DNA of 64,000 nucleotides from Octopus sinensis (lineage: Eukaryota), in assembly GCF_006345805.1 (NCBI RefSeq), contig NC_042999.1:81530001-81594000 (forward strand), read 5' to 3'. Numbering within the stretch: the stretch's first letter is position 1; the number at the start of each line of letters is the position of its first letter. Under the pieces are notes generated by a model. The model searched no databases. It was given only the letters and a program-made list of their open reading frames with translations, and was not told the origin of the DNA. This document shows positions 61,741-64,000 of the stretch, one piece after another. The translations under genes were made by a program, and so were the position numbers.

Positions 61741-63121
61741 ATGGAGAGAGACACACGCACACACATATGTATTCATACATACACCTGTCCATAGGTGCAA
61801 AGGTACATTTATGTTTTACGAAACCTGTATATAGCTGTGTATGCATACGCACGTAAATTCTGGCCTTTTAAATAACCACGCAATAAATGCTCTAGCCTTC
61901 TTAGGAATCAGATAGATGATGTTGCACTCAATTAAATTTTGTAGTTGCGGTGGTTTGAATGGCAGTACGAGTAGTGTTATTAGCATGGCTTGCAATGATG
62001 TCGGTTGCGGCGGAGATGTATTAGAGTTAGTGATGGATTCCAGGATAGATCTCTTGATTTTATAATTTTCACTTCATTCGTTGACTGATGGCTTCGGAAG
62101 CAATATTGATGCTCACTCTGTAGTATTATACTATTTTTGTTACTTTTGTTCTTTATGGTACTGGTAAAAATGTTGATGGTCTTTTCATTTGTGTGACTGG
62201 TTATTTATTAGTAGCGAAATGCCCAGTGATTTAAGTTTATCTGGAATAATCTGTCAGCTGCTGTAATGTCCTTTGAGATATTAAGGCGATATTGTGTTTT
62301 TCTTTCTTTTTTGTTTCCAGACTATACTTAATTGTCTATGATGCACCATTCACACGCTATACACGGTATATATTGTGAGATTTTTGTGAAAGAAGGCACG
62401 GTATATCTGGTACAAAACTGATAGTGAATTGAGTGATTTCAATTCTTGCTGTTTGAGATAGTAGTAATGATGGTAGCTGATGTAGGTATAATACTTGTGG
62501 CATTGCTGGTACTAGTGTTCAACACGTGGGAGGTGAAAGTGATGCATAGCTATGAATAAAATTTTGAGAATTTTTGTGTTGTGGAGTATGAGGAAAAGTT
62601 AATAACAATTATAATACTGGTTATGCAATAGAGTTGCGTAATTACTTCCAAAAATATTACCCATTATTATTAATTAAAATGCAACAAATCAAATGAAAAT
62701 CTAATGATAAACGTTGGAAGATTAACTGCGTAAATAATATTTGTTTAATTCATTGAACTGTATCACATGTAAATTATATATTACTGACGTTTGTAGCAAT
62801 ATAAGAGCTCATACCTCACGCAAACAAATGTGCCTGGTATTTAGCAACAATGCAAAATCGTGGAAATGAAGCCCGTATCTTTTTGCTGATGAAGAAAATA
62901 TGCTTTTAATTTCAAGCATAAAAATACCAAAAGTCGTCCGTGAAATCTAGATAATTTTATATACAGCTACTCGAGGGAAATATTGGCCAATCCCAATGAA
63001 TGACCGGGCTATGATCCTCATGTCACGAATATAACAGTTAAGCGTAACCGCATGATAGGGATGTGTTTATAGTTTATATATTTAAAAAAGTTCCACCCCA
63101 CAAACAGGCTATTATAATATA

Positions 63122-63320
63122 TACGAGATACTGCTGAAAAGTTCTTGGATTTAAGGGCTATCGTGAGAGGTTGGTTGAAAGCGCAAACTTCCGATTTCTT
63201 TTACGGGGTTTAGAAAAATTTAACGACCACTGCAATAATTGTGTGAACCTGAGATGGGAATATGTTGCATAAAATCATAATTAACTTATCCTCTTGCATT
63301 TTCTTTTACCCAAAGCCAGG
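63122..63320 (+). mobile_element. mariner-derived miniature element (MITE-like) retaining the transposase C-terminus
   Basis: Begins TACGAG..CTGAAAAGTTCTTGG; encodes GLEKFNDHCNNCVNLRWEYVA* (compare GI.KL..RW.KC...G.Y.E*); partial inverted end AAAGCCAGG. Confidence 0.6.
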
Positions 63321-63496
63321 GGCGCTTGGATACTTCCTCGCATGTGTAAGATTTAAAGGATAACAGGGCTGGTGCATAACGCTAGTTCACAAAAGAGTAA
63401 CTAAAACGGAATGAAATATCATTGAAACGAAATATTTTACAATTAGAGATGCGTGCTTCAAAAGAATCAATATAGTGTACAAAAGTTCACAGTCAT

Positions 63497-63497
63497 G

Positions 63498-63529
<32 letters not shown>

Positions 63530-63640
63530 TGTATGTATGTATGTATGTATGTATGTATGTATGTATGCTTGTATGCATGTATGTATGTATGCGTGTATGT
63601 ATGTATGTGTGTATGTATGTATGTATTTATGTATGTATAA
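63497..63640. repeat. (TATG)n microsatellite
   Basis: Directly visible. Confidence 0.95.
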
Positions 63641-64000
63641 ACCGAAAATCAGTCTTTGATTCGTGTTTCAAGTAGTACTTTAACATGTGCTCTCAGGCTG
63701 TTCTTTTTGAAAACGAGATATATAGATATGCATGTCTCACCTCTAATCCTATATAAGAGATTTTCCATAATGCGTCTACGAAAGAAGTTCCTAATTATTC
63801 TTCGAGCCACAAAAGAAAGCACGGTTGCTTTGAGGATGTTAAAATATGTCACGCATTTTTCCTCAAACGTAAGATATAGTTTCAAACAGAGTAATATGCA
63901 TTTTATGGACATAAATTACCTGATTCACGCTCTATTCAATACATACTACATACCAAATTCCACATGATTTTAAAATACGAAGGAAGATATCCATTTAATT

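Overview
Eukaryotic, AT-rich, microsatellite-dense DNA that is almost entirely repeat-derived. I recognise the SINE families as the abundant octopus (cephalopod) repeats, but that taxonomy is an inference. No host protein-coding gene, rRNA, true tRNA or CRISPR array is supported. The window holds three tRNA-derived SINE families and decayed non-LTR retrotransposons: R4/Dong-type with a restriction-like endonuclease, Tx1/L1-type, CR1-like and Penelope-like (PLE). It also holds DNA transposon relics (Tc1, DD37D/maT, mariner, MITEs, a probable Academ fragment) and many simple repeats. Highlights: (1) a ~925-bp near-perfect palindrome (23915-24840) with a hammerhead-ribozyme fold and canonical catalytic core in each arm and no ORF; (2) PLE terminal repeats carrying minimal hammerhead folds with a compensated U3:A8 core, arranged as inverted arms around PLE ORF remnants; (3) a SINE whose last ~50 nt match the 3' end of a Tx1/L1-type LINE in the same window, and which sits twice at the same position inside older copies of its own family; (4) R4/Dong-type relics whose junctions repeatedly abut (TAA)n-type arrays. 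All alignments, translations and folds were done by eye; no searches were run.
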